A stretch of 55,621 nt of DNA, counting the filler, from Jimgerdemannia flammicorona (taxonomy: Eukaryota), in assembly GCA_003990765.1 (NCBI GenBank). It is 2 parts of 2 records of this genome, joined end to end, with 100 filler letters (N's around TTAATTAATTAA, not from the genome) between each part and the next. Parts side by side here need not be neighbours in the genome. Positions count along the whole stretch, not along the records: positions 1 to 27,762 come from RBNJ01000606.1; 1 more part is not named here. One strand, given 5' to 3'. The number at the start of each line of letters is the position of its first letter. Within the stretch, counting starts at the first letter, position 1. The notes below the pieces were generated by a model. The model was not told the DNA's origin. It saw only the letters and a program-made list of their open reading frames with translations, and did not search any database. Shown here piece by piece: positions 1-13,985 of this stretch. A program made the translations under genes and the position numbers.

Positions 1-55
1 TTATAGTTACTTGGACTTCTCTTTATTACTGCTGTCTATAATAATAATAATAATA

Positions 56-3000
56 TCACCCCATCCCCTCAACCAATACCCCTCAGATCCACTCCTCCCC
101 CCTCTATATCCCTCTGCTGGAGGACAACCTAGTCACCTACCATCTGAATCCTCCTGCCACTTTTCCAGGAGATACACTGTACCAAACCTTGACAACTCCT
201 CCCACCTGGCCCCCACCCTCACTACCAGCTATTCAAAATATCCAGTAATAACCATTCCCAATATACTACCCTATCCCCAACTCCAATACACTGGCCCTCC
301 CCAAATACATGTACCCAATGCCCAGCTATTCCAATTCATATGGCCAAAGCCCAACTAAGGGTCAGCCATTCATTTCCAATCCCTCTGACCAGCCTTTGGC
401 AGAGCTCTCCCCATCTCCCCCCTTCACCTCTCTCTAGGGCTTACAGCTCTAACCAGTCCATGATATACCCCCAAAACATCCCCAAAATGTCACACTCTCT
501 AAGCCAATGTTCAGGCATTTGTATCACTCCCTCTTCCTGTCCAACATCAAAACATTCCTCACACTCAAATGTGCCACCAGCCACCAAGTGCCCAGACCAA
601 TAGTTCAACATCATATTCTACTGTAAAACTCACCACCATACCATCCAGAACTTGAGGGGCAGCCACTGTATCACCTGCTTGCTCCAAAGCCAGAGATCAT
701 TCCAGTCCTACTCCTCATCAATCCCAACTCTCTGCCAGGCTTCAGACTACAGATCTCCACCCAAGCCCTACAAACACTCCATATTATCACTAAGCTGGAA
801 GTCCTCTACCAAAATACCACCCAGTAGTAGTCTGTTCCATTGCCACATCTGTGGTCTCTAATCCTCCTCTCCTTCATCACCCTGCTACTGAAGTCCAATT
901 TTCTTAGCACCATCTACCACTCCCTACCAAAAGCCCTTATACCACATTCTCCTGCTCCCATTCATGACCACCATCACAAGCAAGTCACCAGAAGCACCAT
1001 GAGGGGAATACTGGGTCTCCCACACCCTTTGCATGAGTGATACTCACTCCTGGCCCCTCAGCTCACTTGCTCTCCTCAGCCACCAGACTCTCAAGCAATG
1101 AAGCCATTTAGCAAAGTCCACTAAACTCAGTCCACCTCTTTCCACTGATAGGGTAAGAACCTCCCAACCTATCTGACTTTGCCGCTCTCCCCAAATCCAT
1201 GATCTTGCCATCTTCAACAGCCTCCTGACCACCCAAGCTGGGAAGTTTAGATGATACTCCACATACTACAGCTTCAGCAGCCAATATACATTCAGTACCA
1301 TCACTCTTCCTACTAAGGATATATGCTGACCACCCTATCGCAGAAGTATATTTCTCTACTCTAGAAGTTGTTGGTCCCATCATGTATAGGGGAGAAGTGA
1401 CCCAAATACCAAGAAGTAGATCTCTAAGTAGTGCACTAGCTCTCCTGCTGGCACCACTGTCCCAATCATATCACCACCAATGATTCCACCACCAAGTACT
1501 AGAGTCTTGCATTTGTGCTAATTGAGCCTAGCACCAGATCCCCTCTCATACTATTCAACAGATCTTTGTAATTCCCCCACATCTGCCAATGAGCCCAGTC
1601 CAACTACCATGTTATCCACAAAGGCCCCCACCTTCCAATTTATCCCTAGAATGTCTAAACCCTCAATTTGACACCAGATCCTGTCCAGTAGGGGCTCCAG
1701 GGAGAGTGCATATAAGATGGGTGACAAAGGGTCACCTTGTGACACCTCATGATCAAGAGAAAAGACTATCCCCCTGTGGCCATTAATTACCAATACAGCC
1801 TGACTATTTTCCAAAAGGCTGATCAATGACCTATAGAACCCTGGGGGAATACCAATCTATTTCAACACTCCCTTTAACCAGATCCTCCTCACTCTATCAT
1901 ACACCTTCTCCTGATCTAAAAAGACCAATCAGCCATCTACTCCTGCAGCCTGGGCCCCTTCAATTATACCACGTACCCAAGCTGTCCCATCATGGATCAA
2001 CTGGTCACTAACAAATCCTCATTGCTCCACACCAAGCACTTGCTGAGCAATTCCCTGAAACCTTATTACCAATATCTTTATCACCAGTTTGCAGTCCATG
2101 TCGAGTAGTATGATTGGCTGCCAGTTCTTCCAATATTCCCATCTCCTCTTATCCTTATAGAGCAGGGAGACCAGCCCTAGGCACTGGTCTCCAATCTAAG
2201 TTCCAGACCGAAGAACCTCATCTCACATATCTGTCATTTTCTCCAATACTTCACCCACCCCAGTCATCTTCTTCCAAAAATCCCAGGGGAGTCTATCCTC
2301 CCCTGGAGCCATCCCCTTACTTATTGTAGCCAAAACCTTACAAATTTCCTCTTCTCTTACTGGGTCCCCCAAAGTCCTCAGACCCATTGCAGGATCCAGA
2401 TGCCAATCTCCCAGCTACCTCTCAATGTTCACAGCATCCTCCCCCCCTTCCTCCTTGCTCCACAGATCCTCTCAATGAGTCCTCAGCAATCTCAGAATTG
2501 CTGGAGTTCCCACCACTATCTCCACATCCATATTCAGGACTCCATCCCACTACTGCTTCATTTGTTGTGCTTGTAACATCTGCAATAAAAACCTAGTAGG
2601 TCTCTCTCCCTTTTCAAGCCCTTGCCACTGTAGCCATACCACTATCCCCTTCAGCCTAACCTCCTCCTCTCTTTATAATACTTTCTTAAGCTCCTCAACT
2701 TCCTTCTGGATCCTCACAATATGCCAGTCAGTTGCCTTCCAATCTTCTAGCACCCCTGTCCATCTCCCCATGAGTGCTGCCAATTGCTGCGAGGCCCACA
2801 GCACCCTCTGCTGTTGTTGGGCACACCTTCCTTTCCCTGCTTCCCTCCAGTACCCCTGAGCACTTGTCTTCAGCCTCCTCCAGCAGTCCCCAATCACTAG
2901 GCCCTGGTCCCACCACCTCCCAATATTTCCAATAACCTCCTTTTCCCAGTCTGCCTACAAAACCCCATTCTCTAATAAAGAAGAATTTAGTCACCAATGT

Positions 3001-3731
3001 TCAGGTCCATCCCCACTTCCCCCAAACCTCTCCCCTCCTAGTAGACCTCAGTAATCTGACCATAGACACCAAACCACCTCCAGCATTATCCAGACATCTG
3101 CTCCCCAGCAATCTGCCATCAATATCCAGTCAATTCTTGAACCCAGCCCTGCTATCCAGTGAGTATAAATTTGATGATCATCTCAAAACCATCTCTCTGA
3201 ATCAACCAAAGAACTCAGCCTCTCCATCTCCAACCAGTCATCCAACCCACCACTCTTGCTTCTCATTCCTCTCCCTCTATCTGTCCTGTCTATCTCCTTA
3301 TTCTGTACCATGTTGAAGTCACTTCCCAGGCAATCAAACCCAACCTCACCCAAGACACTAGTCTCTTTCAAACTGCAAATCCAATCCACCTGTTCCCCTC
3401 TCTCTACTGGGTAGTAACATGACCCAACTGTCAACAGGTTCCATCTAGGCCTCCTCCACACTCTCTACATCAACTGCAACTCCCAATATCCAATGTCCCC
3501 AATGTCCTCCATTCCTTTTTGAATGAGGATACCCACTCTCCCCATCTATACTGCAGCCCCCCCCCATTCCTTAGTCCAATCCTGTAAGTCCATATCTATC
3601 TCATAATGGACATTCTGCAGCAAAAAGAGATCTGCATCCAGTCTCTTTAGCTATCCAAATATATACTTCCTCCTAGCTGCCCCCCATAACCCATTTATAT
3701 TCAAAGAGAATATTCTAGTTATACTGTTCAT
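56..3731 (-). pseudogene. LINE copy A ORF2 (APE endonuclease + reverse transcriptase + C-terminal Cys/His motif), disrupted
   Basis: ATG at 3731 (MNSITRIFSLNING). Fragment ORFs 3183-3461, 1551-1826 and 1044-1262 align to copy G ORF2. Many in-frame stops. Confidence 0.88.
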
Positions 3732-3763
3732 ATTGAAAAAATGTTTGAATTTGAGATTCCAGC

Positions 3764-5679
3764 CTAGTATTCCATGCTTATCTCATCCCCAGCCAGATCC
3801 AAGTGCCACTCTGCTTCCAAGTCACCCTCTGTGACAGCCTGAGCATCCAATGCCTCTAGATTTTCTGATATTCCACCCTATCCACCACCTCCATCTCTGA
3901 CTGGTAGTCTGTACAGACTGCTCTCCACTTCTCCAATCCCTTCCTTGAACCCCACAAGTATGCTGTCCAGTTATTCGCAATCCCCCTAAGTTCCTCCTCC
4001 CTCTGATCATTGACTTGGTATTCAACTGATTCCAAAAGGACTGCCAGGATCTCATTCCTCACCTTCCTCGATACCTCCTCACCCCAAAGGATTTTCTTCC
4101 AATGCCTCTCTTCCATAATCCAGAAGTCCTCTCCCCCCAGCTCCTCTACTGCCATCCCTTCCAGAGTCTTCTACAGCCACTTCTCCTTATCCACTGCCTC
4201 TGCCACACTCTGGGCAATCCAACCACCCCCCACCTCTGGGTCCACTAAAGTGCTCCTCCTCACTGACTCATCCTACTCCTCATCTGGTATATTCAGTAAC
4301 TCCTCCTCCCCCTCTGCCCCACCCAGGACACTATACTGAGAGTATACTCCTTCACTCATTTCTGCATCTGCCTCCACACTGTCTTCTCTCTCCTCTCTCA
4401 ATCTATCCTATGTCCTACCTTGGGCCATCCCACTTCCCCCCACCCAGACACTCTCCTGTAGTCCTGCTTTCCCATTCTCTGTACTGTTGTCTGTCTCACT
4501 ACCACCCAACTTTGCCAGCAGCTCCTTCTGGATTTTCCTCCCCTGCATCTTCTCCCAGGTCACCCAATCTATCCTGACCCTCTTCCCATTAACTACTTCC
4601 ACCACTGTCTTGGCCTCATACTTCTTCCAAGCCAATCTCCTCCTCTTGACTGCTTCCTCCAGATCCTCCAGAGCCTCAAGTAAGTCTTTCTCCTCTTCCT
4701 GAGTCCCCTTCACCCTCATGACCTTGCACTCTACTAGTCTCCACTTCAGAGTTGCCAGCTAGTCCCTTGTCTTCCCTATATTCTCCTTTCCAGCTAGCCT
4801 CACCTGGACATCAATGTCACTAGTCTGGAGCTCTATACTCTCCCAGACCTTGAACCCAATATCCACAATCTCCCCATACTCCTTGACCACCTCCACAATC
4901 AACTCCCTAGCCCTCTCTCTCGACACTGTAGGTAGATTCAATACTGTCAACTGCACCACTCAGGGGTCCCAGTGCATGCACCTGGCCATAGAGACCACAA
5001 CCCCACCCACTGCTACCCTCTTTTCCATGGCAGCCAGCAATGCTTCTTCTTCCTCAAACCCTATCTCGACCCCTTCTTTCCCCTTCAAAAACTTTACCAA
5101 CACTGCCCCTTTTGCCTCCTGCACCACCAGTCCTAAGATCATCCTTGCAGTCACCACCAAGTCTCTAAAACACATCATGATAGCAAATTCTGACCTCAAT
5201 TTCTTGAGTAATAGTGCTAATACCATACCTATCACCCCATTCGCCAGGTCCCTGGGTCTTGTGCCCACCCCCTGTCCCAAACCAGTAACTATTATCACAT
5301 CTGGATTTTTTTCCAGATCTTCAGTCACAGCCCCATCAACAATCACATCTCCAGCCCCTACTCCCCCCCCTCCCCTACTACCAGACACTCTCCTGAGCAC
5401 TCCTTTCTGTCCTCTAGCAGCAGCTGTCAATGCTTTCCCCAGGCCCAGCCAATCATCCAGACCAGAGACCATTCTCACCATCTTGACCTTGTCAGCAAAG
5501 GTCAACCTCTCCCCTTCTCACTGCCTCAGGCTGCCCCTCCCTCCACCACCAGAGCCTCAGCCAGCCATTGAGGCCCTTGGTATCCCCAAACCATCTCCCC
5601 TCCTCTCTACATGCTGTCAGCCAAAGACACCACTGCCCCCCTGGCCAGCACACTCACTAGTTCGATCATTGCCATTCAT
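3764..5679 (-). pseudogene. LINE copy A ORF1 (Gly-rich N-terminus, TFADKVK motif, RRM-like region, acidic C-terminus), disrupted
   Basis: Fragments 4960-5505, 4759-4959, 4408-4719 and 3856-4155 are homologous to the 474-aa ORF at 54173-55597. Confidence 0.8.
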
Positions 5680-5760
5680 ATCGATAGTTATCTATTACCA
5701 AAACATTGTAAAAAGTATTGTCTGAGTCTTGTGTCACCTGAATGTTACTGATGAAAGATG

Positions 5761-8700
5761 CCAAAGATCTCTCTAAGCATATTAGCAATATCAGTAACCT
5801 CAATCCCATTCTCTTGCAACACTGAAGCCCAGCTGTACTACACTCTTCTGGCTTTCAAGATTTCCAATAAGTATTTAGTGGGCTACTCATCTTCTTCCAA
5901 CTACCTCACCTGTAATCTAGCCAATAGCCCATTGACCACTCTATCTTTGGCTACCTTCAGGTCCAACTGCAACTCAGTCACCTTCTTGGCCAACTGAGTG
6001 CATCATTCTCCTGATAAGTTCTCCTCTTCCAGAAACCTCAGCCACTAATGAAGCCCCTGTTTAGCTCTTCTTTCTCTATTCTTCTGCTTTTTTCCAGTAA
6101 TATCCCCCACATTATGCTAATATATATCTGCCAAATATTTAAATTTTCCCCACCACTGTGCTATTGACTGTCCACTGTTCTTCCACCATATTACTTCCTG
6201 TCTTACAACTGTCACAAATTAGTCTCTCTCCTCCTGTTACCTGAGTAGTGCTATATTGAGTCACCATCTACCTCTATCTCTACTAACTATCTGAAATCTC
6301 CCACATACCTCTACTCCCCAGTAATCTGACCAAGGACACCACCAAACCCCAGTTGAATCTAATATATTACCTTAGCATTCAGCTACCAGAATCCAATCAA
6401 TCCTTGTTCCAACCAAGTCCTTGCCAATTGGGTGCTATCTAGTAAATGGCCCTGGTCTTTCTCCTTGACATTACTATATCTCATCAACCAATCTCATATC
6501 TCTCTCAACCTGAAGCCATTGTGAGAGCCCTACTGATATAGTCACATCTACTCTACTATCAGATCTGTCTAATGTTCTATCATGCACCATGTTAAAGTCC
6601 CCCCCCAGAATGTCCAGCTGAACCTCATCTCAGTCTCCCTAAGCCAGCCAACCCTCTACTCATTGGGTTTGCTCTCTGCCAACAGCTGGCAGATAAGCAG
6701 AGCCAACTACTAGCCCATCTCTAGCTCCTCCTTTTAATTTTCTCTAAATCAATCAGTCACCATATATCTCAACCTCCATCAGCTCACCTCTACCCACACC
6801 AACCAAGATGCCTATTTGCTCATTCTAACCTGAACTTCCAAACCATTCTCTGCTCTAATCCTCATAATCTTGCTCCCCATAAGCTTGAATATCTTGGAGA
6901 AATACTACATCATACCTCTTGACCTTCAGCTAATGAAATAGATACCTTTGCTTCACTCTATCCCACAAACCATTGATATTTAACAATAAATATATAGACT
7001 GTTCTTTATCATGAATAAAAATGTTTAAAGCTCTACTGAAATTACCACCATCTTTTCAGTCTGACTACAGATTATTTCCTTCCATTCCTCATAGATAGCC
7101 CTCTAGATGTAGGTTCTATTCACACTGTTGTAGAAGATATCCACTTGCTCAGATGCCACCTTCCTAATATTGGTCATATGGTTCTCATCTATCTCATATT
7201 CTTTATCATTCAAAAGTGCCACCACTATCACTATCACCAACTTTGGCCCCTGTAATACTATATTGAGGAATTCTTCCCAAGCCTCCTGAGATCTATTAAA
7301 CACATCCACTTTCTTGATATCCTCCTATGCAAGTTCCTCAAGCACTGCCTGATACCAGTCATCAGTTATCATCGCTAGGGGCCCTGGAGTGGTAGGCCTC
7401 AGAGTCTTACTCAGCTCCTATAGCATCTCTCTATCTGCTAACACATCAGAGGCCACATTCACCAGGTCATCCTCCTCTGCACCCTTCTCCAGCTGTACCA
7501 CTTTGCCTATTTCTGGATATTCCCAATAAACATTTGCTACTCCTGCCATGCAAACATTCTCTAACTGAGTCTCTGGCACTATCTCAATCACCTCCTCAAA
7601 ACCTCCTACATTTACCTCCTCCTTGTCAGCCCACTTCTCCTTCACTGATATATAAGCTAAGTTCTCCACACTCCCCAATTGCAAAAAGGATATCTTGGCC
7701 ATCTCCATCTCTTTCATCTGACTTAGCCATCTCTGTCCTTTCTTCTTTCTCTACTTTTGAGTTCTAGAGGACTATCTGCAGACACTCTTAGTTCACTCTC
7801 CACCACCTCTTCCTCCTCCTATCCATCAGAATCCAGATCTAGTTCTTGGCAAACTCCTCTTATCTCCTCTTCTGTAATTCCTTTATGGCCTCTCTCTCCT
7901 CCAGGGCAAGCAGCAATTCCTCCTTCTCCTGTTTCAATTCTTTCCTTCTCCACACCTTGCACTCTTGCCCTCTGATATGAATTACTTCTGGCCAGTCTCT
8001 TCCTAGCCCTATGGTCTCCTTGCCTTCCAGCCTCACCATTACCTCACAGTTGCCATTCCTCAGCTTAGTCCTCTCTCAGAACATAAACTCAAAGTCAACC
8101 ATCTCACTGAAAGCCCCCAGTGCCTCTGCTACAACCCTCTTAGTTTTCTGCTTCCTCAATGTTAGTAGCCCCTCAATCATCAGATGTACAGCATGCAGAT
8201 CTCATCTCAAGCACCTTGCCATACCAACCTTGATATTCTTGATGACCAACCCCTTCTCCAAGACTCTCACCATCTCTTCCTTCTCTACAAAGCCTATCTC
8301 AACTGCCTCTGCCAATGGGATAAACTTCAGAGACTCTGCTCTAGCAACCTCCTCTCCCACTAGCTACAAGATCTCTCTGACAGACATCTCCAGCTCTAAG
8401 AAATTTGCCAAGATGACCCATATCAACACCAACTTGTAGAAGAAAGGGTACACCACTAATTTGCCAGAGCCTGCCACCATCATAGCCTTTTTCTTATTCT
8501 CAGAAACTTTAGTAATTATCCCTTCAACTTCTGCAGGCCCACCAGTATACCCCCCACTAGCTACTGACTCAGCCCCAGGAATGCCAGTTCCAACTGTCAC
8601 ACTTCCAGATCCCTGGCCCCTGGCAGACACCTGACCAGTCACCTGATCAGTCACCTGGCCAGTCACCTGACCCCTATCCTTGTTAATACTATGTTCTCTC

Positions 8701-9027
8701 TGCTCTACCCCTATGGGCCTAGTAGCTGCCCTCCTGCCCTCACCACTGTATGCTAACTCTCAATATCAGACAGCCTCTCCTGACTATCTGCTCTTCTAGC
8801 TCTAGCACCAGCCCCAGCTGCTGCTGTAAAACTCTTGAGGAGACCCAGGTCAGGCCTCCTCTTCTCCAAGTACTCAGAGCTTGATGAACCCTAGATTGCC
8901 ATTAGATGAAAACTCTACAGAATTTGATGAAACTTATTGTATACTGTTACTAGACTCCTGCTGTATCTTGTACATTAGTGTAGATGAAATGAAAACTTAA
9001 AAATATGTTACTTTTTACAAAAAGATG
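5761..9027 (-). mobile_element. Older, divergent LINE (copy B): 5' end, ORF1 and endonuclease part of ORF2, interrupted at 5760 by copy A
   Basis: CATCTTTT 5' start at 9027. ORF1 remnants at 8364-8666 and 7418-7717. ORF2 starts near 7013 (..LNINGLWDRVKQRYLF..DVVFLQDIQ), with GGDFNM near 6590 and an EN-RT linker (E*PTKYLLEILKARRV) ending at the copy A junction. Confidence 0.8.
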
Positions 9028-11130
9028 TCTGTGTGGCTTAGCTCACTCTGAGTAGTTTGAGCAAAAGAAGTCTATGGTTGAACCTTGGTATCTAAATACT
9101 ATATTGCTAGGAGATAGTGATCTGTAGAGAGATTGAGTGATAGAAGTTAGCACTAAGATTATTGACTAGAGGGCACAGGGGTTGGAGATTGGAGACTATT
9201 GATAATAGTTGAAATCTGATACTCAGAAGTATTAGGGTGAGACAGAAAGAGAGAGAGGGGCTCAGCAGAGATAGTATATTAGATGGGCTGGATCATTAGA
9301 GCACTGTGGAGTAGGAGACTGGAGGATTCAGAGGATTCAGTGGGAGGTAGAGGAACTAAAGAGACTGCTTAGACAGAAGGAGAAAATGCAGATGAAAGGG
9401 CTGGTAGCTCAGCTGAGATGGTAGGGTGTGGAGAAGGAAGAGTAGTTTACTAAATTCTTATCAAGATTGCTACAGGCAAAGAGGATAAGGCAGTGGTGAA
9501 AAGGAGTGTTGGATGAGGAAGGAGAGATGGTGACTGGGATGCCAAAGATTTTGGGCCTATTGTGATCTCACTGAGAGCAGCTGTGGAGTGAGGAGAAGGG
9601 GGGTAAAGATATCCTAGATATTGAAAAGCAGTTGGAGGAGTGGCACCCAGATCTAGCTGTGGGCCTGGGTGAACTTGGAGCCCCAGTGCAGGGAGAGGAA
9701 GTGTATCAGATCTTGGAGACAATAAGTATAGAGATAGCTCCTGGGGAGGATGGGCTGCTATGGGATTTTTGGAAGAAGATAGCTGATATTAAGATTGTAT
9801 TAGAGGAGATAGTGAGGATATGTAATGAGGTCATCAGCTCAGAATTCTAGGTTGGAGGATAGTATCTGAGACTTATAGCTCTATTGTACAAGAATAAAGA
9901 GAGGAGAGAGGATTAGAAGAACTAGAGACCAATCATGCTTCTGAATATGGATTGCAAATTGGTAATGAAGATTTTGGTGGTCAGGCTATAAGGGATGACT
10001 CAATAGATGCTAGAGACTGAGCAGAGGGATTTTGTCAGAGGTCAGTTGATTAGAGATAAAACAGCATAGATTTACAGTATTATTGAGGATACTTATATAG
10101 CTGGGGTTGACAGTCAACTAGTCTTTCTAGATCAAGAGAAGGTATATAATAGAGTTTGGCATATATGGCTGAAGAGAGTATTGAAGCAAATGGGGATTCC
10201 TTCAGAGTTCTGGAGATTGTTAGTTTATCTGCTAGAGGAGAGTTAGATAGCTATTATGGTGAATGGGTATAGGGAAGAGTCCTTCCCCCTAGGCAGAAGA
10301 GTGCTACAAAGAGATCTACTGTCACCAATTCTCTATATACTCTTATTGGAGCCCTTATTGAATAGGATTCAGTACAGAGTTGGGGGTTTGAATATCTTAG
10401 GAGTCAACTGGAAGGTTGGGGCCTTTGCAGATGATATAGTAGTTAGGCTGAACTCTGTGGAGGATGTGGCAGTACTGAAGAGTACAGTGAAATGGTATGA
10501 AGGGTGCTCAGGTGCTAGGCTCAATTGATATAAGTATAAGACTCTGGCTCTAGGTAGAGAGATAGTTGGAGGAGATGTGATTGGAATGGTGGTATCTGCT
10601 GGTGAAGCTGTCTGCTACTTAGGGATTTATTTTTCAATATATAGTTCCCTACTATCTTGTGGCTAGTAGGAGCAATAGCTACTAGCTTGAGAGAATATTC
10701 TCTTGAGGTGGAGAGGCCAGTATATCTCTCTGGCAGAGAGAGTGATGATACTGAATATGTACTGGCTGCTAAAGCTGTGGTATATTGGATATTATTTAGA
10801 CTTTCTGGCATGGGTGGTCAATAGACTATTGAAGATGGCCAGGTTATGGATATGAATAGGGTGATAGAGCTAGATCAGCTGGGAGATATTGACATTATCT
10901 ATAGATAGAGGTAGACTGGGTCTGGTGGACTTCACTAAGTATCTGCACTGCTTGCAGACATGGTGGCTAAAGTAAGTGAGCAAATTGCAGAGTTGAGAGT
11001 GAGTATCTCTTATGCAGAGGATGTGGGAGATTTGCTACTCCTCTTGAGATATGACTGGTAACCTGCTCTCTCTAGTAGCTACAGCTCTAAGTCACAAGTA
11101 TCTAGGACAGGGGAGTTGGTAGAGGGGGTA
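9028..11130 (+). mobile_element. LINE ORF2 fragment (copy C): end of endonuclease through RT and thumb
   Basis: PGEDGLLWDFWKK (9740), PIMLLNMDCKL, FLDQEK, QRDLLSPILY, GAFADD (about 10420). Heavily C>T/G>A mutated. Confidence 0.85.
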
Positions 11131-11422
11131 GGGTAGGTAGAGGGAGTATACAAAATTTACTGCCCTCTATCAGCAGTATAGGGCGCCCCCAAGTAGCCTA
11201 TACCTAGGCCAGGGATTGGTGGGGTTGGTGGAATTGGTGAAGAGAGTATGCAAAATTTACAGCCCTCTGCCAGCAGTAAAGAGATAACTCCAAGTCACCA
11301 AGAAGTCCAAGTCTAGGTCAGAGAGTACTTCTGGTGATCAGAGAATACTTCTGGCAGTTAAAGTTTACTACAGATTCAGACCCCATTACTGGTTTAGGTT
11401 CTATAAGTATCCTGGCTCTACA

Positions 11423-11450
11423 CTATAGTGCCACATCAGTGGCACTATAG
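11423..11450. repeat. Perfect 12-bp inverted repeat (hairpin) CTATAGTGCCAC-ATCA-GTGGCACTATAG
   Basis: Read directly. Imperfect extension of the arms to about 11376-11479 (TCAGACCC.../...GGGTCTGA). Confidence 0.85.
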
Positions 11451-11649
11451 AGCAGGACCAAGAGGCTGATAGGGTCTGACATAATGGCTAAACTAGTGCT
11501 ACAGAAGAGATACTCAGCTGTCAGCCCAACCCCCTATAAAAGACTATATAACCTATACAAAATGACTGCCAAACTCTTATAAAAGATTGTCTAACTCTTA
11601 CAAAAACTGCTCCATCCACTAGTCTCAGGCCTTGATGAGCCTGTTATCC

Positions 11650-13985
11650 ATTGTAAGTATGATGACTATTGTGTCTGAGCTCTCCTCAAAGATAATAATA
11701 CTATAGTAGTCATGTGGTTGAAATAGAATAGCTGTGTTGGCTGCAAACAGGACTCCAAAACTATAGGTGAGGTTATATATATCAGACTCTACTACTATTC
11801 TTCCAGGTTGGGCCCTTCCTTTCTAAGATATAAAACATTACTAAGGTGATATTGTTATCTATATATGTGGGCAGAGAAATATTATACCTGATGTATTCTA
11901 ATATAACATAAGCATATGGTTGAGTGAACTCTTGGCCCAGGATCTTATACTACTAGACTGTGCTGGTAGATACTGGCCCTTGGTCCAGCCCCAGGAGCCC
12001 TGGCTTAGAAACCTGCCAAAATAGATGGTATTCAGTCAGTCCTTTTTATATATGGGGGGGCAGAAACTCCCTGGGCCACAGAAACTCTCTGAGCTATAGT
12101 ACCAAAAAAGCAGAGCTCCTCACCTCATATAGTATGCTAAATTGTACCAAGAATGTATGTACAGCTATATCAAGATCACCACTAAGCTGGTCTGCTATAC
12201 ACTCTATCAATCTGCTCAAAGAACTCCAGATCATAGCTACTATTGCCATATAGGCTATATTATACTCATGTGTAGTTTGCTCTTTGATGGTACTTCTAAA
12301 GTTCTAGTAGAGATACAGAATCTTGTGCATCTCTGAAATTTTATCAAAAAGAGTATATTGGTGAAGAGAGTAATTATCTAAAAAGGAGAAAAAAAAAAAA
12401 GAGAGATAAGTATAGGAGATTTCAGAACTCTGGAACCCACCCTTTGCCAGTATTGTAGTATACCCAATTCTTGTCCAAACTCCCCCTCCTTGCTTTTTTC
12501 ATCTCCTCTTTTCTGCTATCCAATATTTGATACAATCTTTATAAACCTCATTGATATAATAGCAAAGCTCATTATCATAGAGGTTTCTTACCACTATTGC
12601 AATCATCTCTCTATAATTGTTAATAATGATATAGTTCTCTTCATTATTAATTACTCTTACTGATCAATAGATCCCTTGGTTGAGAATGATTGACTCTGAT
12701 TTGAATATAGATCCCCAAGCCTTGATGATGATACTGATACTGCTCATACTGAATATCTTACCCTTGAATTTCTCTATTTGATCAGATATTGGATGTGATT
12801 GAACTTGGGTAACTTTGAACTCTTCTTTCCAATAGAACTGAGTGCTGATCTGAGAGACTGAGATAAGTATACAGATGGGTTATATGTATATAAGTAGGTT
12901 ATATACAGATAGGTTTTGTGTAAATGAGTTATATGCAGATAAGTTATATATAGATAAGTTATGTATAGATGAGTTGCATGTAGATGGGTTATATGTAGAC
13001 AGGTTGTATGCAGATAGATTACATATAGATGGATTGCATGCAGATGGATTACATATGAATGAGTTACATGTGGACAGATTGCATACAGATAGGTTATATG
13101 TGCATAGGTTATATACAGATATCATATGGGTGTTTTTAAAAGAGACTATATAAAAATGAAGTTAAATAAAACACAGAGATAGATATTTTAGAAAAAGAGT
13201 ATAAGTGAGTGAGTTGCATACTGATGAGTTACATGAGTTATACAAGATTTCTCATAAAGGCTTACTTCTGTTTCTTTTTAGACCTCTATCATGTGATATA
13301 TTGACTCAACAGCTCAGCTACCAAAGATATGTCTTACAATATCTGCCAGCCTTTCTTCATCTTAATCAGATATTGCAAATAAAGTTAACAGATCTCACCT
13401 TAGAGCTATAGACCCTAAGAAAAGCATAAGGTAAATTGAGTCATACTGGAGGAAATTAAAAAGTAAATATAAGTAAACAAGTAGTAGCAGAATAAGCAAT
13501 CTATATCTAGCTATAAGGTCTGTGAATTCTGAGATCTAAAGGACTGCTATAAGTTGTTGCTGGAATTCTCTCTCATCTCTACTATCACTACTGCCATCAC
13601 TATTATCACTACTATCACCACTACCATTGTCTCTTTGGCTCTCAATGAGCAGCTTATATGCTGCTCATATGAGAAAGAATCTAACATTGTTAGCAGAGAG
13701 TGTATTTTCACCTTAAATACTCTCTCTTTTGATGATTATTATAGAGTAAAAAAAATGAGTAAACTGGACTAATGTATAACTAAGAGCTATTGTTTTGTTT
13801 ACTCATGATGTAGTAAGAAAGAAAAAGAATAAAGAAAAAGAATAAAAGAAGAGAGGAAATAAAAGAAAGAGTGATATTACTAAAGATTTTATATGATCAA
13901 TCCAGATAGATCAATCTAGATGGATTAATCTAGATTAATCTGAATCAAATCTCATCTAGATCAATTCTATCTATTTGGAGTACTA
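11650..13985 (-). mobile_element. Decayed hAT-like DNA element end (TIR at 13985) followed by a decayed, intron-containing ORF of unknown function
   Basis: Terminus TTTGGAGTACTA is the reverse complement of TAGT(G/A)CTCCAAA. Subterminal GATTAATC/ATCTAG repeats. 13580-13985 is an inverted homologue of 32177-32595. Minus-strand polypyrimidine+TAG acceptor near 12378. Left boundary not determined. Confidence 0.55.
12870..13120. repeat. 15-bp period tandem repeat (about 16 units), read on the minus strand as an NPSAC/NLSTY-type pentapeptide
   Basis: Units such as GTTGCATGTAGATGG and GTTATATACAGATAG. ORFs 12875-13153 (+) and 12880-13125 (-) both show 5-residue periodicity. Confidence 0.85.

Larger units (their letters stand above)
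1..5760 (-). mobile_element. Full-length decayed L1/Tx1-like non-LTR retrotransposon (LINE family 1, copy A)
   Basis: 5' motif CATCTTTCATCAGTAACATTCAGG at 5760 is shared with the other copies. ORF1 and ORF2 remnants include APE start (IFSLNING), GSDFN, RT QGDPLSPILY and GAFVDN (decayed FADD). The 3' end (AATAAA...GTCCAAGTAACTATAA at position 1) matches the copy G 3' end. Confidence 0.92.

Noticed and set aside
11494..11505. TAGTGCTACAGA as the left TIR of the hAT-like element
   Set aside because: The flanking 8-mers (GGCTAAAC vs AGTACTAC) do not form a TSD, and no subterminal repeats follow.
12870..13120. Repeat array as a possible CRISPR
   Set aside because: Contiguous 15-bp tandem units with no unique spacers, in a eukaryotic context.
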